Source of the DNA: an uncultured Planctomycetaceae bacterium
GTDB lineage: Bacteria > Planctomycetota > Planctomycetia > Planctomycetales > Planctomycetaceae
DNA: 64,000 bases
Assembly: GCA_963815195.1 (NCBI GenBank)
Contig: CAWFGE010000023.1
Span: forward strand, 96,001-160,000
Reading direction: 5' to 3'
Below the pieces are notes generated by a model, which did no database searches, was not told where the DNA came from, and saw nothing but the letters and a program-made list of their open reading frames with translations. The position numbers and the translations under genes are program-made. Position 1 is the first letter of the stretch, and each line of letters opens with the position of its first letter. Of this stretch, positions 62,945-64,000 are shown piece after piece.

Positions 62945-63925
62945 ATGACAGTGGTCAAAGTCCGCCCCGCCACACCCGCCGAGCACGAGGCCGCGTTGCG
63001 GCTGGTGTTTGCGGAAACCGGGGCGAACGATCCGGCCGAGCGAACCGAGGAAACTCTCACCGCGGCCAGGCGAGGGGAGTTTTCGCTGGCGGGTTTGCTG
63101 TTGGCCGAACAGAACGGCCGGCCCGCGGGGGCGGGATTGTTTGCCGAGCAACCTGGCCGGGTGGCATTTGTGTGGCCGCCGGGCGTTGCTCCCGGTGTTC
63201 CTGCAGAAACGGAAATCCAAGAGGCGATCCTGGCTGCGATCCGCGGCCGATTGAAAGACCGCGGCGTCGCCCTCGGACAGGCCATCTTCGAACCGGACGA
63301 CCTGGAGCATCGGCGGATGTTCGCCCAGAACGGCTTTCCGCATCTGACCGATTTGCACTACATGCTCTGCCCGGTGGACGCCGCGGTCCCGGAGCGAGCA
63401 ACCCAAACGTTCGAGACGGAAACGTTCGACCCGGCCGCGAACTTCCAACGGTTTGCCCAAGTCCTCAAGCGGACCTACATCGACACCTTGGACTGCCCCG
63501 AGATTGACGGGCTCCGCACGGCGGCGGATGCCCTTGCCGCGCATCAGGCGACGGGGCAATTCGATCCCGAGCGTTGGCGGCTGATTCGGCAACGCGGGCG
63601 CGATGCGGGTCTACTTCTGGTCAACCTCCATCCCGAGCGGGACCTCTTGGAAATCGTGTACCTGGGCGTCGTGCCCGAAGCCCGCGGGCGGGGGTTGGGA
63701 AAGGCGATCGTGCACAGCGCCGTCGCGGAAGCCCGGCGGGAACGGCGGCCGATCGTGCTCGCGGTGGACACCCGAAACCATGTCGCCGAAAGGATTTACC
63801 GCCGGTGGGGCTTTCTGGATCTCACGGTGCAGTCCGTGCACGTTTGGCGGGCATCCGTCGATGGCCCCGTTCCGCAATCCACCGATTATGCACAGCCGCC
63901 CGCGATCGGAAAAAGAAAATCTTAA
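62945..63925 (+). CDS. GNAT N-acetyltransferase (tandem-GNAT, MshD-like)
   Basis: TLDCPE, YLGVVPEARGRGLG, LAVD.RN..A..Y...GF. Confidence 0.85.
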   Translation: MTVVKVRPATPAEHEAALRLVFAETGANDPAERTEETLTAARRGEFSLAGLLLAEQNGRPAGAGLFAEQPGRVAFVWPPGVAPGVPAETEIQEAILAAIRGRLKDRGVALGQAIFEPDDLEHRRMFAQNGFPHLTDLHYMLCPVDAAVPERATQTFETETFDPAANFQRFAQVLKRTYIDTLDCPEIDGLRTAADALAAHQATGQFDPERWRLIRQRGRDAGLLLVNLHPERDLLEIVYLGVVPEARGRGLGKAIVHSAVAEARRERRPIVLAVDTRNHVAERIYRRWGFLDLTVQSVHVWRASVDGPVPQSTDYAQPPAIGKRKS

Positions 63926-64000
63926 TGTAACTCTCGGGAGGTTTCCGTGAATTTTGCGACTCTCCCCAGCCCGCTCTTGACCGGAATGGAGAAATCATCG

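Overview
A 64-kb, GC-rich chromosomal window that is almost certainly from a Planctomycetota bacterium. The evidence is two PSD1/DUF1549-DUF1553 + DUF1501 gene pairs, a BBP7-type beta-barrel, PQQ/HEAT envelope proteins, an FGE-sulfatase protein and a NatB-CPBP fusion. It carries about 47 protein genes. Housekeeping and metabolic genes include murA, mqnA-mqnC (futalosine menaquinone route), a fabZ-like dehydratase, an acyl-CoA synthetase, an amidase, an SSADH and a homocysteine methyltransferase. There are also Na+/sugar transporters, a hybrid histidine kinase, a Ser/Thr kinase and a ChlI-like AAA+ ATPase. I found no rRNA, tRNA, CRISPR array or intact transposase. At least 8 genes are broken by about 14 small indels, mostly at homopolymer or dinucleotide runs, which looks like long-read assembly error rather than pseudogenisation. 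The most notable items are: (i) a 35.4-42.3 kb redox/stress cluster with an SDR, a two-Cys VKOR and an SPW protein as separate genes, plus rhodanese, dodecin, a ferritin-like protein and twin lipoproteins; (ii) three tandem secreted HEAT+beta-propeller paralogues followed by an outer-membrane barrel; (iii) a pair of Zn-ribbon mini-proteins sitting inside a sugar-ABC locus; (iv) a nested tandem duplication around a 142-bp element with terminal inverted repeats; (v) a doubly deleted second FGE domain hidden in 'intergenic' DNA; (vi) a dispersed REP-like hairpin family. All product names come from motif recognition by eye; no database searches were run.
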